Shown here piece by piece: positions 1 through 11,520 of a stretch of DNA of 64,000 nucleotides. The DNA comes from Bacteroidales bacterium (GTDB taxonomy: Bacteria > Bacteroidota > Bacteroidia > Bacteroidales > UBA932). How positions within the stretch are numbered: the stretch's first letter is position 1; every line of letters starts with the position of its first letter. Where the stretch lies: contig JAKSKO010000001.1 in NCBI GenBank assembly GCA_024401715.1, positions 6,891-70,890 on the forward strand. The letters are read 5' to 3'. A program made the position numbers and the translations under genes. Below the pieces are notes generated by a model. That model saw only the letters and a program-made list of their open reading frames with translations. It ran no database searches and was not told the DNA's origin.

Positions 1-1039
1 TGTAGATGTTCTTGAGCATGTTCTCCGGATAAACGGTGAGGTTCTCCAGTATGCCTTTGAAACGGCACAGCATATAGTCCAGAAGTTCTGTGGCATCCGG
101 AAGCATGATACGCTCTGTTGAAGAGTGTGAAATATCCCTCTCATACCACAGGGCCACGTTTTCGTTTGCCGCAGCCATGTATCCGCGCATAACGCGTGCG
201 CAGCCGCAGATATTCTCCGATGATATAGGATTGCGTTTGTGAGGCATTGCCGATGAACCTTTCTGGCCCTTGCGGAAGGCCTCCTCGGCCTCGCGGACCT
301 CGGTACGCTGTGCATTGCGCACCTCGGTTGCCATCTGTTCTATTGTGGAAGCGATAACGGCAAGTGTGGACATATAGAAAGCGTGGCGGTCTCTCTGCAG
401 CACCTGTGTGCTGATGTCCGCGCTGTCTATGCCCAGATGCTCGCAAACATAGTCCTGGATGAACGGAGGGATGTTGGCAAAGTTTCCAACGGCGCCGCTC
501 ATCTTGCCGCACTCCACACCGCGGGCCGCGAATTTGAAGCGCTCTATATTGCGTTTCATCTCCTCATACCACAGAGCCCACTTGAGGCCGTATGAAGTGA
601 TATCGGCATGTATGCCATGTGTACGGCCTATGCACGGAGTGGATTTGAACTCCAGGGCACGCTTGCGCAGAACCTCCAGGTACTCCTCCATATCCTGCAG
701 GAGGATGGCGTTGGCCTGCTTGATGAGAGAACCGTTGGCTGTATCCACAACATCGGTTGAGGTGAGACCGTAGTGAACCCACTTGCGCTCCTGGCCCAGG
801 CTCTCGCTTACGGCACGGGTGAACGCCACCACATCGTGACGGGTCTGTTCCTCTATCTCGTATATGCGCTTTACGTCAAATTTGGCATTGGCGCGTATCT
901 TGTCCACATCCTCTGCAGGGATAACGCCCATTTTGCTCCAGGCCTCGCATGAAAGAATCTCTACGTTGAGGTAGGCGTTGAACTTGTTCTCTTCGGTCCA
1001 AACGTCCCTCATAACTTTGCGGGAATATCTCTCTATCAT
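1..1039 (-). CDS. purB: Adenylosuccinate lyase (3' end runs off the window; absent from the ORF track)
   Basis: Manual translation from ATG at 1039: [20 protein letters not shown]...[34 protein letters not shown]...[14 protein letters not shown] (fumarase/ASL signature). Closely resembles Bacillus-type PurB. Confidence 0.96.
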   Translation of the reverse strand, partial: MIERYSRKVMRDVWTEENKFNAYLNVEILSCEAWSKMGVIPAEDVDKIRANAKFDVKRIYEIEEQTRHDVVAFTRAVSESLGQERKWVHYGLTSTDVVDTANGSLIKQANAILLQDMEEYLEVLRKRALEFKSTPCIGRTHGIHADITSYGLKWALWYEEMKRNIERFKFAARGVECGKMSGAVGNFANIPPFIQDYVCEHLGIDSADISTQVLQRDRHAFYMSTLAVIASTIEQMATEVRNAQRTEVREAEEAFRKGQKGSSAMPHKRNPISSENICGCARVMRGYMAAANENVALWYERDISHSSTERIMLPDATELLDYMLCRFKGILENLTVYPENMLKNIY

Positions 1040-1042
1040 GAT

Positions 1043-1984
1043 TTATTTCTTTAGGAAATTGTTGATGTTTGTCTCTATGCGGCCAAGGATATCATCGCTT
1101 TCCGCACCCTGGAACTTGCAGCCTGTGATGTTCTCGTAAAGCTCCACATAACGTTCTGTGATACCTTTCACAACCTCGGGAGTCATTTCAGGCACCTTCT
1201 GTCCCTCCTGGCCCTGGAAGCCGTTTGCCATAAGCCACTCGCGTACGAACTCCTTTGAAAGCTGTTTCTGGCGCTCGCCTTTTGCCTGGCGCTCTTCATA
1301 GCCTTCGGCATAGAAATAGCGTGATGAATCCGGAGTGTGGATTTCGTCCATCAGAACAATCTTGCCGTCACGTTTGCCGAACTCATATTTGGTGTCTACA
1401 AGGATGAGGCCCATCTTGGCAGCCATCTCGCAACCGCGTGCATAAAGGGCGCGGGTGTAGGCCTCCAGCTGCTCGTAATCCTCACGGCTGACGATACCCT
1501 GGGCAATGATCTCCTCCTTGCTTATATCCTGGTCGTGTCCCTCATCGGCCTTGGTTGTAGGGGTGATGAGCGGCTGTGGGAACTTCTGGTTCTCCACCAT
1601 TCCCTCCGGCATTTCACAGCCGCAGAGAGTGCGTGCTCCGGCCTTGTACTCACGCCATGCATGGCCTGTGAGGTAGCCGCGTATAACCATCTCCACTTTG
1701 AAAGGCTCGCAGCGCCAGCCCACTGTAACCATAGGGTCCACAGCCTCTATCTTCCAGTTTGGAATGATGTCCGATGTTGCGTCAAGGAATTTCTCCGCAA
1801 TCTGGTTGAGGACCTGCCCCTTGAAAGGGATACCCTCCGGAAGAACAACGTCAAATGCGGAGATACGGTCTGTTGCAACCATCACAAGGTAGTCCTTGCC
1901 TATGCTGTATACGTCACGTACCTTACCTGTGTATTTGGCCACCTGGCCGGGAAAATTGAAATCGGTAGCAGTTAGTGCTTTCAT
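1043..1984 (-). CDS. purC: SAICAR synthetase
   Basis: [35 protein letters not shown] motifs. The long 313-aa form is typical of Bacteroidetes. Confidence 0.95.
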   Translation of the reverse strand: MKALTATDFNFPGQVAKYTGKVRDVYSIGKDYLVMVATDRISAFDVVLPEGIPFKGQVLNQIAEKFLDATSDIIPNWKIEAVDPMVTVGWRCEPFKVEMVIRGYLTGHAWREYKAGARTLCGCEMPEGMVENQKFPQPLITPTTKADEGHDQDISKEEIIAQGIVSREDYEQLEAYTRALYARGCEMAAKMGLILVDTKYEFGKRDGKIVLMDEIHTPDSSRYFYAEGYEERQAKGERQKQLSKEFVREWLMANGFQGQEGQKVPEMTPEVVKGITERYVELYENITGCKFQGAESDDILGRIETNINNFLKK

Positions 1985-1990
1985 ATTTTT

Positions 1991-3064
1991 CTAGATTTTA
2001 TGATCACAATATACGCAGCGGACAACGCCGTTCTCCTCGTGGAAAAGAGGGTCCACTTTCTCGTGTGTACTAATACATTTTACATTTGTGCAGCGCAGCT
2101 TTTCATCGCGGAAATACTCCGGATGCTCCGGCATGGCATGCTGTGGGTCGTCCTGCCACTGCAGCAGCAGATACTGAAGGGCCATGCGCACGAATTTGCC
2201 GTTCTCTGTCTGGCGGAAATACGCTGCGCGAGGGTCCGGATCCACATCGGTTGCAATCTCGTTCACGCGCGGAAGCGGATGGAGGACAGCCATAGTTGGT
2301 TTTGCCAGCTTCATCTTGGCTGCATCCAGCACGAAGCTGTCTTTCACGCGCTCGTACTCCTCTTCGTCCAGGAAACGCTCTCGCTGAACGCGTGTCATGT
2401 AAAGCACGTCAAGATCCCCTATCGCGTCTTCAAGATTGCGCACTTCCCTGTACGGGATGCCCAGTTTTTCGCACACATCGGTCTTGATGTAGCTTGGAAG
2501 CTTCAGTTCGTCCGGAGCGATGAGTACAACCTTCACGTCTTTGTAGCGGCTAAGCGCCTTGATGAGGCTGTGAACGGTGCGGCCGAATTTGAGGTCTCCG
2601 CAGAAACCGATGGTGATGCCGTCTATGTGGCCCAGCTCACGTGTGATGGTGAGAAGGTCTGTGAGTGTCTGTGTAGGGTGTGCGTGCGATCCGTCACCGG
2701 CGTTGATGATAGGGATGCGGCTGTGCATGGATGCAACCAGCGGCGCACCCTCAAGCGGATGGCGCATTGCAGCGATATCGGCAAAGTTCTCCACAACGCG
2801 TATGGTATCGGCCACGGTTTCGCCCTTGCTCACCGATGAACTTGCGGCATCGGAGAAGCCCAGAACGTTTCCGCCCAGTTCCATCATGGCCGCAGTGAAG
2901 CTGAGGCGTGTGCGTGTGGACGGCTCGTAGAAAAGGGTTGCCAGTTTGTGGAACTTAAGCACCTCGCGGTACTTTTCCCTGTTGTTTATGATTTCAAGGC
3001 CGAGAGCCACCACCTGGTCTAGCTCTTCCTTGGTGAAATCTGTAGGATCTATGAGATGTTTCAT
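1991..3064 (-). CDS. pyrB: Aspartate carbamoyltransferase catalytic chain with fused C-terminal PyrI-like Zn-binding domain
   Basis: [13 protein letters not shown] and HPLPR motifs. The C-terminal tail is CTNVKC-X19-CVYC. Confidence 0.93.
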   Translation of the reverse strand: MKHLIDPTDFTKEELDQVVALGLEIINNREKYREVLKFHKLATLFYEPSTRTRLSFTAAMMELGGNVLGFSDAASSSVSKGETVADTIRVVENFADIAAMRHPLEGAPLVASMHSRIPIINAGDGSHAHPTQTLTDLLTITRELGHIDGITIGFCGDLKFGRTVHSLIKALSRYKDVKVVLIAPDELKLPSYIKTDVCEKLGIPYREVRNLEDAIGDLDVLYMTRVQRERFLDEEEYERVKDSFVLDAAKMKLAKPTMAVLHPLPRVNEIATDVDPDPRAAYFRQTENGKFVRMALQYLLLQWQDDPQHAMPEHPEYFRDEKLRCTNVKCISTHEKVDPLFHEENGVVRCVYCDHKI

Positions 3065-3066
3065 TG

Positions 3067-3696
3067 CTATTTAATCCAGCTTTCGTCACTTGGGTTATTA
3101 CGGAACTGAATGATGCGCTCTTTCCACTCCGGAGCTATATAGCCCTCGGCTGCGGCAACCTCTACAAGTGCATCCAGGTTGCTTAGAGAATAGTTTACCA
3201 CATTTGCTGCAGCAAGTCTGTCAAGGCCTTTCTGCATGCCGTAGGTGAAGATGCTTACGATGCCAAGAACCTCGGCACCTGCCTCACGCAAAGCCTCAAC
3301 CACGTCGATGGCGCTGCCGCCGGTAGAGATGAGGTCTTCAATAACCACAACCTTTGTGCCCGGTTCCAGACGTCCCTCAATGCGGTTGTTGCGGCCGTGG
3401 CTCTTAGCCTCGCCACGAACATAACCCATTGGAAGGCCCATGATGGATGCTGCGATTGCAGCGTGGGCGATGCCTGCGGTGCTGGTTCCCATAAGGGCCT
3501 CGGCCTGCGGGAACTTTGCAGCAACGGTGTCGGCGATAGCCTGCTCCACAACCACGCGTGCCTGTGGTGCGGAAAGTATGAGGCGGTTGTCACAGTAGAT
3601 TGGGCTTTTGATACCGCTGGCCCAGGTGAACGGTTCTTCCGGACGCAGGAACACTGCCTTGATGTCCAGGAGCTGTTTTGCAATTATCTTTTCCAT
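3067..3696 (-). CDS. pyrE: Orotate phosphoribosyltransferase
   Basis: [16 protein letters not shown] and the PRPP-binding motif [12 protein letters not shown]. Confidence 0.95.
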   Translation of the reverse strand: MEKIIAKQLLDIKAVFLRPEEPFTWASGIKSPIYCDNRLILSAPQARVVVEQAIADTVAAKFPQAEALMGTSTAGIAHAAIAASIMGLPMGYVRGEAKSHGRNNRIEGRLEPGTKVVVIEDLISTGGSAIDVVEALREAGAEVLGIVSIFTYGMQKGLDRLAAANVVNYSLSNLDALVEVAAAEGYIAPEWKERIIQFRNNPSDESWIK

Positions 3697-3740
3697 AATT
3701 ATATCTCTCGCGTTGCTTTTGCAACTTATTCATTTTCAAT

Positions 3741-4442
3741 TTAGCCGAGGAACTCTGCCACGCAGCGCTGGTATGCGGCAACAGGGTCTGCAGCGGCGGT
3801 AACCGGGCGGCCCACCACAATGAAATCACTGCCTATTTCGCGTGCTCGTGCAGGGGTTGTTATGCGCACCTGGTCATCGGCCGCAGCATCGGCGAAACGT
3901 ATGCCCGGAGTCACGGCAACAAAGTCCTTACCGCAGCGCTCCTTCACGATGGAAGCCTCCAGCGGAGAGCATACAACGCCGTCCAGGCCAGCCTCCTGCG
4001 CATTTGCAGCGTAGTGTGCGATAACATCGCCTATTGGCTCCTTAATGAGAAGGTCCTTCTCCATGCGCTCCTGCGAAGTTGAAGTGAGCTGGGTTACGGC
4101 AATCAGAAGCGGGCGTGAACCGTCCTCGCGGGTGAGGCCCTCCAGGGCTGCCTTCATCATCTCTATAGTGCCGGCAGCGTGAACGTTTGTCATATCCACA
4201 TCAAGGGCGGAAAGCACCTGCATGGTCTTGCGCACGGTGTTAGGGATATCGTGCAGCTTCAGATCCAGGAAGATCTTGTGGCCGCGTGCCTTTATCTCAC
4301 GCACGATCTGCGGGCCTGCCGCATAATAAAGTTCCATGCCAATTTTCACAAAAGGCTTGCGCGGACAAGCGGCGAACTTGTCCAGGAAAGAAAGCACCTG
4401 TTCTGCACTGCTGAAGTCGCAGGCAACAATCACATCTCTCAT
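3741..4442 (-). CDS. pyrF: Orotidine-5'-phosphate decarboxylase
   Basis: [20 protein letters not shown] and VVGRP motifs. Confidence 0.96.
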   Translation of the reverse strand: MRDVIVACDFSSAEQVLSFLDKFAACPRKPFVKIGMELYYAAGPQIVREIKARGHKIFLDLKLHDIPNTVRKTMQVLSALDVDMTNVHAAGTIEMMKAALEGLTREDGSRPLLIAVTQLTSTSQERMEKDLLIKEPIGDVIAHYAANAQEAGLDGVVCSPLEASIVKERCGKDFVAVTPGIRFADAAADDQVRITTPARAREIGSDFIVVGRPVTAAADPVAAYQRCVAEFLG

Positions 4443-5353
4443 ACTGTAGCTATTATTTCGTTAAGACAGTTAATTTTCAATTTATCCATAAGAGCGGGAA
4501 GTTCCTCCACTATCTCTTTGCACACCATAGGGTTACGCAGATTTTCGGCTCCCACCTGCACGGCTGTTGCACCGGCCATCATCATCTCCACCACATCACG
4601 TGCCGATGACACTCCGCCGCAGCCCATCACAGGAATCTTCACGGCGTGAGCCACCTGATGCACCATCCTAAGGGCAAGAGGGAAAATGGCGCTGCCGCTG
4701 AAACCGCCGTAGGTATTGGCCACCACAGGTTTGCGGCGCTCTATGTCTATGCGCATGCCCAGCACCGTATTGATGAGGGTGAGACCGTCAGCGCCGGCCT
4801 TTTCGCAGGCAAGGGCAATCTCCACGATATTGCTTACGTTGGGGCTTAGCTTGATGAACACCGGTTTGGCGCCGCAAACAGCCTTCACCGCAGATGTAAC
4901 TTCCGCAGCAGCCTGTGCCGATGTGCCGAAGGCCATGCCGCCGCCGTGCACATTCGGGCAGGAGATGTTCACCTCTATAATGTCTATATCCGGGCAGGCA
5001 GCAGCCTTTGCGCAGCTCTGCACATATTCATCCACGCTGAATCCGCTTATGTTGGCGATGATGCAGCCGCCGTACACCTTGCGAAGGGCGGGAACCTTGT
5101 CTGCAACAAGCACATCCACGCCTGGGTTCTGCAGGCCCACCGCGTTTATCATGCCGCCCGGGCACTCTGCAATGCGCGGGCATTCGTTGCCATAGCGCGG
5201 CTCCAGGGTGCTACCCTTCAGGGAAATGCCGCCAAGGACGTTAAGATCGTACTCCCCCGCCATCTCTATTCCGAAGCCGAAGGTTCCGCTTGCCGGAACA
5301 ACCGGGTTTGCCAGCTTTACGCCGCAAAGCTCCACAGAAAGTCTGTTTACCAT
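4439..5353 (-). CDS. pyrD: Dihydroorotate dehydrogenase family 1B, catalytic subunit
   Basis: [33 protein letters not shown]. Start corrected to MVNRLSV at 5353, which overlaps the pyrK stop and has AAGGAGG 7 nt upstream. Confidence 0.93.
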   Translation of the reverse strand: MVNRLSVELCGVKLANPVVPASGTFGFGIEMAGEYDLNVLGGISLKGSTLEPRYGNECPRIAECPGGMINAVGLQNPGVDVLVADKVPALRKVYGGCIIANISGFSVDEYVQSCAKAAACPDIDIIEVNISCPNVHGGGMAFGTSAQAAAEVTSAVKAVCGAKPVFIKLSPNVSNIVEIALACEKAGADGLTLINTVLGMRIDIERRKPVVANTYGGFSGSAIFPLALRMVHQVAHAVKIPVMGCGGVSSARDVVEMMMAGATAVQVGAENLRNPMVCKEIVEELPALMDKLKINCLNEIIATV

Positions 5354-6087
5354 ATCACTTCCTCCTTCTTGAATACCGGACCGTCGGCGCAGACGCGCTT
5401 GGCCCCGCTCTTTGTGTGGCAGGTGCAGCCATAGCATATGCCGCAGCCGCAGCCCATTCTCTCCTCCAGGCTAACTTCGCCCGGACAATCGGCCAGCATA
5501 TCGCACACGGCCTTCATCATAACCTTCGGGCCGCAGCTGTAGAAATAGTCGAACTGCGGGTTCTGCGCCTTGATGGCATCGGTTACCAGGCCCTTGAAAC
5601 CTGCGCTTCCGTCCATGGTGACCACGGTGACATCAGCGCCCAGGGCTTCATATTCGGCCTGCAGTATCACATCGGCAGCGGTGTTGAAGCCAAGATACAC
5701 CTTCACCTGTCTGCCTTTTGCCAGCAGTTCCTTCACAAGGCTGAAGCATGGCGAAGCGCCTATGCCGCCGCAAACCACAAGGGCCTTTGACGCAGGGGCC
5801 GACGCATCGAAACCGTTGCCCAGACCTGTGAGAACGTTTACGCCGGCACCCGGCTGCATTGCCGCCATCACCTCCGTTCCACGGCCTATAACCTTATAGA
5901 TGATGCTGAACTTCTCGCTATCCCATTCAGTAACGGCAAGAGGGCGGCGCAGATAGAAACCGTTCACGGCAACATCCGCGAACTGTCCTCCGCGTAAAAT
6001 GGCCGATGTATCGCCGACCAAAGTCATGCGATACACCCCATCTGCAATACGCCTGTTACTCTCAATTATGTAATCGGCTTTTTTCAT
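5347..6087 (-). CDS. pyrK: Dihydroorotate dehydrogenase electron transfer subunit
   Basis: LRRPLAV FAD motif, GGIGASP, YSCGP, and the [2Fe-2S] motif MGCGCGICYGC...RVCADGP. Confidence 0.94.
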   Translation of the reverse strand: MKKADYIIESNRRIADGVYRMTLVGDTSAILRGGQFADVAVNGFYLRRPLAVTEWDSEKFSIIYKVIGRGTEVMAAMQPGAGVNVLTGLGNGFDASAPASKALVVCGGIGASPCFSLVKELLAKGRQVKVYLGFNTAADVILQAEYEALGADVTVVTMDGSAGFKGLVTDAIKAQNPQFDYFYSCGPKVMMKAVCDMLADCPGEVSLEERMGCGCGICYGCTCHTKSGAKRVCADGPVFKKEEVIW

Positions 6088-9000
6088 CTATTTGTACTCC
6101 TCGTCGATTGTTGAAATGCCAAGGGTAATCTCCTCCAGGACGTCCAGCAGCACGCGCACCGTTTCAAGCGAAGTGAAGAGGGTTACGTTGTTTTCCACTG
6201 CCGCGCGGCGTATGTCATAGCCGTCCAGGCGGGTCTTGTGCTGGTTCACGTCTATGGTGTTTATCACATAGCTTACGTGTCCCTTGTGCATAGAGCGTAC
6301 AATGTCGTCGCTGCCCTCGCTTATCTTCTTCAGGGCGCGGGTGCGTATCCCATGCTCCTTCAGGAATTTCGCCGTTCCGGTGGTCGCCTCAATGTTGAAG
6401 CCCATATTGTAGAAGCGGCGCAGAAGCGGAAGTGCCTCCTCCTTGTCCCTGTCGGCGATGGTTGCGAATACTGTTCCGTAGCTCTTCACCGATACGCCCG
6501 ATGCCTGAAGGCTCTTGTACAGCGCACGGGTGAGTCTCTCGTCATAACCTATGGCCTCACCGGTAGATTTCATCTCAGGAGACAGATAGGTGTCTATGCC
6601 TTTGATTTTTGCGAAAGAGAATGCAGGGCTCTTCACATAGTAGCGCTTGCTCTCCGGATTTATGGTGTTTGTGATGCCCTGTTCCTTAAGGCTGTGTCCC
6701 AGCATTACCATTGTGGCAATCTTTGCCATAGGGATGCCTGTGGACTTGCTTAGGAAAGGAACGGTGCGTGAAGAGCGAGGGTTTACCTCAATCACGTATA
6801 CATCGTCGTTGTCGTCCACGATGAACTGGATATTGTAAAGGCCCACAATGCCAATCTCCTTGCCCAGACGTACTGTGTAGTCCACAATCTTATCCTTCAC
6901 TGCCTGTGAAAGGCTGAATGAAGGATATACGCTGATGGAGTCACCGCTGTGGATACCTGTCTTCTCCACGTGCTCCATGATGCCCGGGATGAATACGTTC
7001 TCGCCATCGCAGATGGCATCCACCTCGCTCTCCTTTCCGGAGATGTATTTGTCCACAAGCACAGGAGAGTTCTCGTTAACCTCCACTGCGTTGTGCAGAT
7101 AGTGGCGCAGGCTTTCCTCGTTGCCCACAATCATCATTGCACGGCCGCCAAGCACGAATGAAGGGCGCACCAGCACAGGGTATCCTATCTCTGCGGCAGC
7201 CTTAACGCCGTCCTCCACATTGGTAACGGCCTTCGCCTTAGGCTGAGGGATACCGGTCTTGCGCATGATGGCCTCGAACAGCTTGCGGTCCTCCGCATTG
7301 TCTATGGCCTGGATCTGTGTGCCTATGATCTTTATGCCGAACTGGGCCAGAGGACCTGCAAGGTTGATTGCGGTCTGGCCGCCAAGGGTTACTATGATGC
7401 CCTCCGGCTTCTCCAGGTCTATGACGTTCATCACATCCTCCACCGTGAGAGGCTCGAAGTAAAGCTTGTCGGAAATTGTGTAGTCCGTAGAAACTGTCTC
7501 AGGGTTGTTGTTGATGATGATGGCCTCGTAACCTGCCTCACGTATCGCCCAGATGGCGTGTACGGTAGAGTAGTCGAATTCCACACCCTGGCCAATGCGG
7601 ATAGGACCCGCACCCAGCACCAGAATCTTCTTGCGGCTGCTTACAACGGTCTCGTTCTCTGTCTCGTAGGTAGAGTAGTAATAAGGAACGTTGGCCTCGT
7701 GCTCTGCACCGCAGCAGTCTATGAACTTATATACAGGACGGATGTTCTGCGCCCAGCGGAACTCTATCATCTCCTTCTCCGTCTTGTCCCAGAGAGAGCC
7801 GATGAATTTGTCGCTGAAACCAAGTTTCTTCGCCTTCAGCAGAAGAGCGGCATCGCCGGGAGCGGCCTTCAGGGCATTCTCCATGCGCACGATGTTGCAG
7901 ATCTTCTCCAGGAACAGCATGTCTATCTTGGTGATATCATAGATGAGACGGATGTCCACGCCGTTGCGGATAAGCTGTGCGATTGCAATAAGATGGTCGT
8001 CCGGGAATTTGGCGATGTATTTGAAAAGGTCGGCATCGCTCATGCCCACGAACTTCTTCTTGTAGATGTGGCTTGCACCAATCTCCAGGCTTCGTATAGC
8101 TTTCAGAAGGCTCTCCTCCAGGGTGCGGCCTATGCTCATCACCTCGCCTGTGGCCTTCATCTGGGTGCCAAGCTCGTTGGCAGCCTCGGCAAACTTGTCG
8201 AACGGGAAGCGTGACACCTTGCTGACAACATAGTCGATAGTTGGCTCGCAGCATGCAGGGGCATCGGCAACCATAATCTCGTCAAGAGTGTAACCCATTG
8301 CTATCTTGGCAGTTACACGGGCAATAGGGAAACCGCTGGCCTTTGATGCAAGGGCCGATGAACGGCTTACGCGAGGGTTGATCTCAATGATATAGTATTT
8401 GAATGAAAGCGGGTCAAGGGCAAACTGCACGTTACATCCGCCTTCAATTTCCAGAGAGCGGATAAGCTTGAGGGCGCTGGCACGCAGTATCTCATACTCC
8501 TTGTCTGCAAGGGTCTGAACCGGAGCCACAACGATGGAGTCGCCGGTGTGAATGCCCACAGGGTCTACGTTTTCCATGGAACAGATACAGATTGCAGTAT
8601 CGTTCTTGTCTCGCATAACCTCGAACTCTATCTCCTTATAGCCTTTCACGCTCTTTTCGATAAGCACCTGATGCACAGGGCTCTGGGTGAGGGCGTTAGG
8701 CATAAGCTCCCTGAGTTCCTCCTCTGTGTTTGCAAAGCCGCCGCCTGTTCCGCCAAGGGTGAAGGCAGGACGAAGCACAACAGGATAGCCTATCTTGGCA
8801 GCCGTATTCACAGCCTCTTCAACACTGTAGCAGATGTCCGATGGGATAACCGGCTCTCCAAGCTCAAGGCAAAGCTCCTTGAACAGCTCCCTGTCCTCGG
8901 CTTTCTCTATGCTCTCGAAGGAAGTTCCCAGAATCTTCACGCCGCACTCGTCAAGCACGCCCTTGCGCGCAAGTTTCACGGCCATGTTAAGACCTGTCTG

Positions 9001-9276
9001 GCCGCCAAGGCCCGGAACTATCGCATCCGGACGCTCGTAACGGATGATCTTTGCTATATATTCAAGGTCCAGAGGCTCCATATAAACCTTGTCGGCCATA
9101 TGGGTGTCAGTCATGATAGTTGCAGGGTTGCTGTTTACAAGGATAACCTCGTAACCCTCCTCTTTGAGGGCAAGACAAGCCTGAGTACCTGCATAGTCGA
9201 ACTCTGCAGCCTGTCCGATAACGATAGGACCGCTGCCTATCACCATTACTTTTTTGATATCTGTTCTGCGTGGCAT
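6088..9276 (-). CDS. carB: Carbamoyl-phosphate synthase large subunit
   Basis: [21 protein letters not shown], two ATP-grasp halves ([22 protein letters not shown]) and a C-terminal MGS-like domain. Confidence 0.97.
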   Translation of the reverse strand: MPRRTDIKKVMVIGSGPIVIGQAAEFDYAGTQACLALKEEGYEVILVNSNPATIMTDTHMADKVYMEPLDLEYIAKIIRYERPDAIVPGLGGQTGLNMAVKLARKGVLDECGVKILGTSFESIEKAEDRELFKELCLELGEPVIPSDICYSVEEAVNTAAKIGYPVVLRPAFTLGGTGGGFANTEEELRELMPNALTQSPVHQVLIEKSVKGYKEIEFEVMRDKNDTAICICSMENVDPVGIHTGDSIVVAPVQTLADKEYEILRASALKLIRSLEIEGGCNVQFALDPLSFKYYIIEINPRVSRSSALASKASGFPIARVTAKIAMGYTLDEIMVADAPACCEPTIDYVVSKVSRFPFDKFAEAANELGTQMKATGEVMSIGRTLEESLLKAIRSLEIGASHIYKKKFVGMSDADLFKYIAKFPDDHLIAIAQLIRNGVDIRLIYDITKIDMLFLEKICNIVRMENALKAAPGDAALLLKAKKLGFSDKFIGSLWDKTEKEMIEFRWAQNIRPVYKFIDCCGAEHEANVPYYYSTYETENETVVSSRKKILVLGAGPIRIGQGVEFDYSTVHAIWAIREAGYEAIIINNNPETVSTDYTISDKLYFEPLTVEDVMNVIDLEKPEGIIVTLGGQTAINLAGPLAQFGIKIIGTQIQAIDNAEDRKLFEAIMRKTGIPQPKAKAVTNVEDGVKAAAEIGYPVLVRPSFVLGGRAMMIVGNEESLRHYLHNAVEVNENSPVLVDKYISGKESEVDAICDGENVFIPGIMEHVEKTGIHSGDSISVYPSFSLSQAVKDKIVDYTVRLGKEIGIVGLYNIQFIVDDNDDVYVIEVNPRSSRTVPFLSKSTGIPMAKIATMVMLGHSLKEQGITNTINPESKRYYVKSPAFSFAKIKGIDTYLSPEMKSTGEAIGYDERLTRALYKSLQASGVSVKSYGTVFATIADRDKEEALPLLRRFYNMGFNIEATTGTAKFLKEHGIRTRALKKISEGSDDIVRSMHKGHVSYVINTIDVNQHKTRLDGYDIRRAAVENNVTLFTSLETVRVLLDVLEEITLGISTIDEEYK

Positions 9277-9279
9277 GGC

Positions 9280-10356
9280 TTAATCCTCCATCATTTTAAC
9301 GAATTTGTCGAAGAAATCGGTCTCGTCCGGTCCCGGGCCGCCCTCTGGGTAGAACTGCACTGCGTAAACCTTGTCTGCAGCGCACTCGATGCCCTCTACG
9401 GTATTGTCCGCAGCGTCCCAGTATGTAAGTTTGAGGCCTGCAGCAAGAGCCGATGCCTCTTCAACGGCATAGTTGTGGTTATGCTCGGCAGTGATGATGC
9501 GGGCGCTGTCCGCACTGCGAAGCGGGTGGCCGCCGTGGTGGCCGGCTTTCAGTTTGTAGAGTTTTGCACCATAGCTGAGAGCAATCAGAGCCATGCCCAG
9601 CGAGATGCCGAATACGGGAAGCTTGCCCTTCAGAGCGTTGATGACCTCAACTATCTCCGCTGCATTCTCCGGATTGCCCGGGCCGCTTGAAACAAGCACG
9701 CCGTCAGGGTTGAAGGCCAGGATCTCCTCTGCGGTGCTACCGGCAGGGACAACCGTAACGTTGCAGCCGCGGCGGTTAAGCTCTCCAACGATGCTGTGCT
9801 TAAGACCGCAGTCCAGCACAACAACGTCATGAACATGCTGCGGAGTGCGGCTGAACCAGCGTTTCTTGCAGCTTACGTGTTTCACGGCGTCCTTGTCCTC
9901 CTTGAAGGCTGCAATCATTTCAAGCGCCTTCTCCACCGGGGTCTCCTCCGGAACCAGGGCTGCAATCATATTGCCTTCGTCGCGGATGATGCGGGTGAGC
10001 ATGCGTGTGTCCACGCCCTCCAGGCAAGGAATCTTCTCGTCCTCCAGATACTCCGGAAGGGTTTTGGTATAACGGAAGTTGGAAGGGGTGTCGCAGCACT
10101 CGCGGACAATAAGGCCCGCAGGACCTGCTCCCTTGCTCTCGAAATCCTCGTCCATGATACCGTACTGTCCTATCAGAGGATAGGTCATCACAATGATCTG
10201 GCCGGCATATGCAGGGTCTGAAAGAACCTCCTGATAGCCCACCATTGATGTATTGAACACTAGCTCTCCGCACACGCAGACATCGGCACCGGCATTCATT
10301 CCGTGCATCTGACGTCCGTCGGGCAGAACAAGTTTAAGTCTCTTATCTACGCTCAT
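9280..10356 (-). CDS. carA: Carbamoyl-phosphate synthase small subunit with a degenerate glutaminase site
   Basis: N-terminal GELVFNTSMVGYQEVLSDPAYAGQI and VDTRMLTR are canonical. The catalytic motifs read GISLGMA (normally GICLGHQ) and QFYPE (normally QFHPE). Confidence 0.93.
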   Translation of the reverse strand: MSVDKRLKLVLPDGRQMHGMNAGADVCVCGELVFNTSMVGYQEVLSDPAYAGQIIVMTYPLIGQYGIMDEDFESKGAGPAGLIVRECCDTPSNFRYTKTLPEYLEDEKIPCLEGVDTRMLTRIIRDEGNMIAALVPEETPVEKALEMIAAFKEDKDAVKHVSCKKRWFSRTPQHVHDVVVLDCGLKHSIVGELNRRGCNVTVVPAGSTAEEILAFNPDGVLVSSGPGNPENAAEIVEVINALKGKLPVFGISLGMALIALSYGAKLYKLKAGHHGGHPLRSADSARIITAEHNHNYAVEEASALAAGLKLTYWDAADNTVEGIECAADKVYAVQFYPEGGPGPDETDFFDKFVKMMED

Positions 10357-10358
10357 AG

Positions 10359-11513
10359 CTATAGTTTGTATATTGTTTTTCCGTTTATTACAGTCTCAAC
10401 GCAGCGTCCGTACACCTGCCATCCGTCAAAAGGGGTGGCATGGCCGAGGGAGATGAACTCCCTGCTGTCTATGGTGTATGGGTTTTGTATGTCGAACACG
10501 GCGTAATCCACAAGTTCCTCTCCCCTGTAAGGTGAAGGAAGGTGGAAGCGGCGGCGCGGAGCAAGGCTCATAAGGTCTATAAGCTTGCCCAGCGGAATGA
10601 TATCCTTGCGGACGAAATGGGTATAAAGCAGCGGGAAGGCTGTCTCCAGGCCCACAATGCCCATTGCGCTTTTTTCCAGGCCCCTGGATTTCTCTTCGGC
10701 CGAATGCGGGGCGTGATCCGTGGCAATCATGTCTATGGTTCCGTCCAGTATGCCCTCTATCAGCGCCTGCCTGTCTTCGGCCGAACGCAGAGGCGGGTTC
10801 ATCTTGAAACGTCCGTCCTCCTGCAGGTCCCCGTCGCAAAGAAGAAGATAGTGCGGGCCGGTCTCGCAGGTGACATTCACTCCCCTGTCCTTTGCGCGGC
10901 GTATCACATCCACGCTCTCCCTGGTGGAAATATGACAAACGTGATATGCGCAGCCTGTCTCTCCGGCCAAACGCAGATCACGTTCTATCTGTCCCCATTC
11001 GCTCTCGCTGCATATGCCCTTGTGTCCGTGCAGGGCTGCATAGCGTCCGTCATGTATGTATCCGCCCTTCAAAAGGGAATTGTCCTCGCAGTGCGCGGCA
11101 AGAATGCATCCGTTGGCGGCCATCTCTTCCATCGCCTTGCGCATCATTTTTTCGTCCTGCACGCCGCTGCCGTCATCGGAAAAGGCCACAACCCTGTCTT
11201 TCAGCGCCGCAACATCCACAAGTTCCAGACCTTTCCTTCCGATGGTGATGCTTGCGTAGGGCCTTACGTCTATAACGGCGTCGCGCTTTATTATCTCTTC
11301 CTGAAGAGCCAGGTTTCCAAGGCTGTCCGGAACCGGATTCAGGTTCGGCATGGTGGCAACAATACCATAGCCCGATGCCGCCGCTGCGCGTGATCCGGTG
11401 GCAATCGTTTCCTTGTAGGAATAGCCCGGCTCACGGAAATGGACGTGCATATCAACAAAAGCGGGGCATGCCACATAGCCTGTCCCGTACCCGTATGAAT
11501 ATTCTTGCTTCAT
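10359..11513 (-). CDS. pyrC: Dihydroorotase (type I, short N-terminus)
   Basis: DMHVHFREPG, TMPN, HCED, YHVCHIS, FKMNPPLR, IATDHAPH. The metal-ligand motifs are present. Confidence 0.94.
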   Translation of the reverse strand: MKQEYSYGYGTGYVACPAFVDMHVHFREPGYSYKETIATGSRAAAASGYGIVATMPNLNPVPDSLGNLALQEEIIKRDAVIDVRPYASITIGRKGLELVDVAALKDRVVAFSDDGSGVQDEKMMRKAMEEMAANGCILAAHCEDNSLLKGGYIHDGRYAALHGHKGICSESEWGQIERDLRLAGETGCAYHVCHISTRESVDVIRRAKDRGVNVTCETGPHYLLLCDGDLQEDGRFKMNPPLRSAEDRQALIEGILDGTIDMIATDHAPHSAEEKSRGLEKSAMGIVGLETAFPLLYTHFVRKDIIPLGKLIDLMSLAPRRRFHLPSPYRGEELVDYAVFDIQNPYTIDSREFISLGHATPFDGWQVYGRCVETVINGKTIYKL

Positions 11514-11520
11514 CGGGTTA

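Noticed and set aside
3712-3725. GTTGC-TTTT-GCAAC inverted repeat between pyrF and pyrE
   Set aside because: Only a 5-bp stem with no U tract on the coding strand and no second copy seen. Too weak to call.
5354-5437. Upstream extensions in the ORF track (pyrD, tetR, tolC, second permease, GH31, amidohydrolase, GH26, xylB)
   Set aside because: The extensions overlap neighbouring genes or promoter boxes. Downstream ATGs give proper family N-termini or signal peptides.
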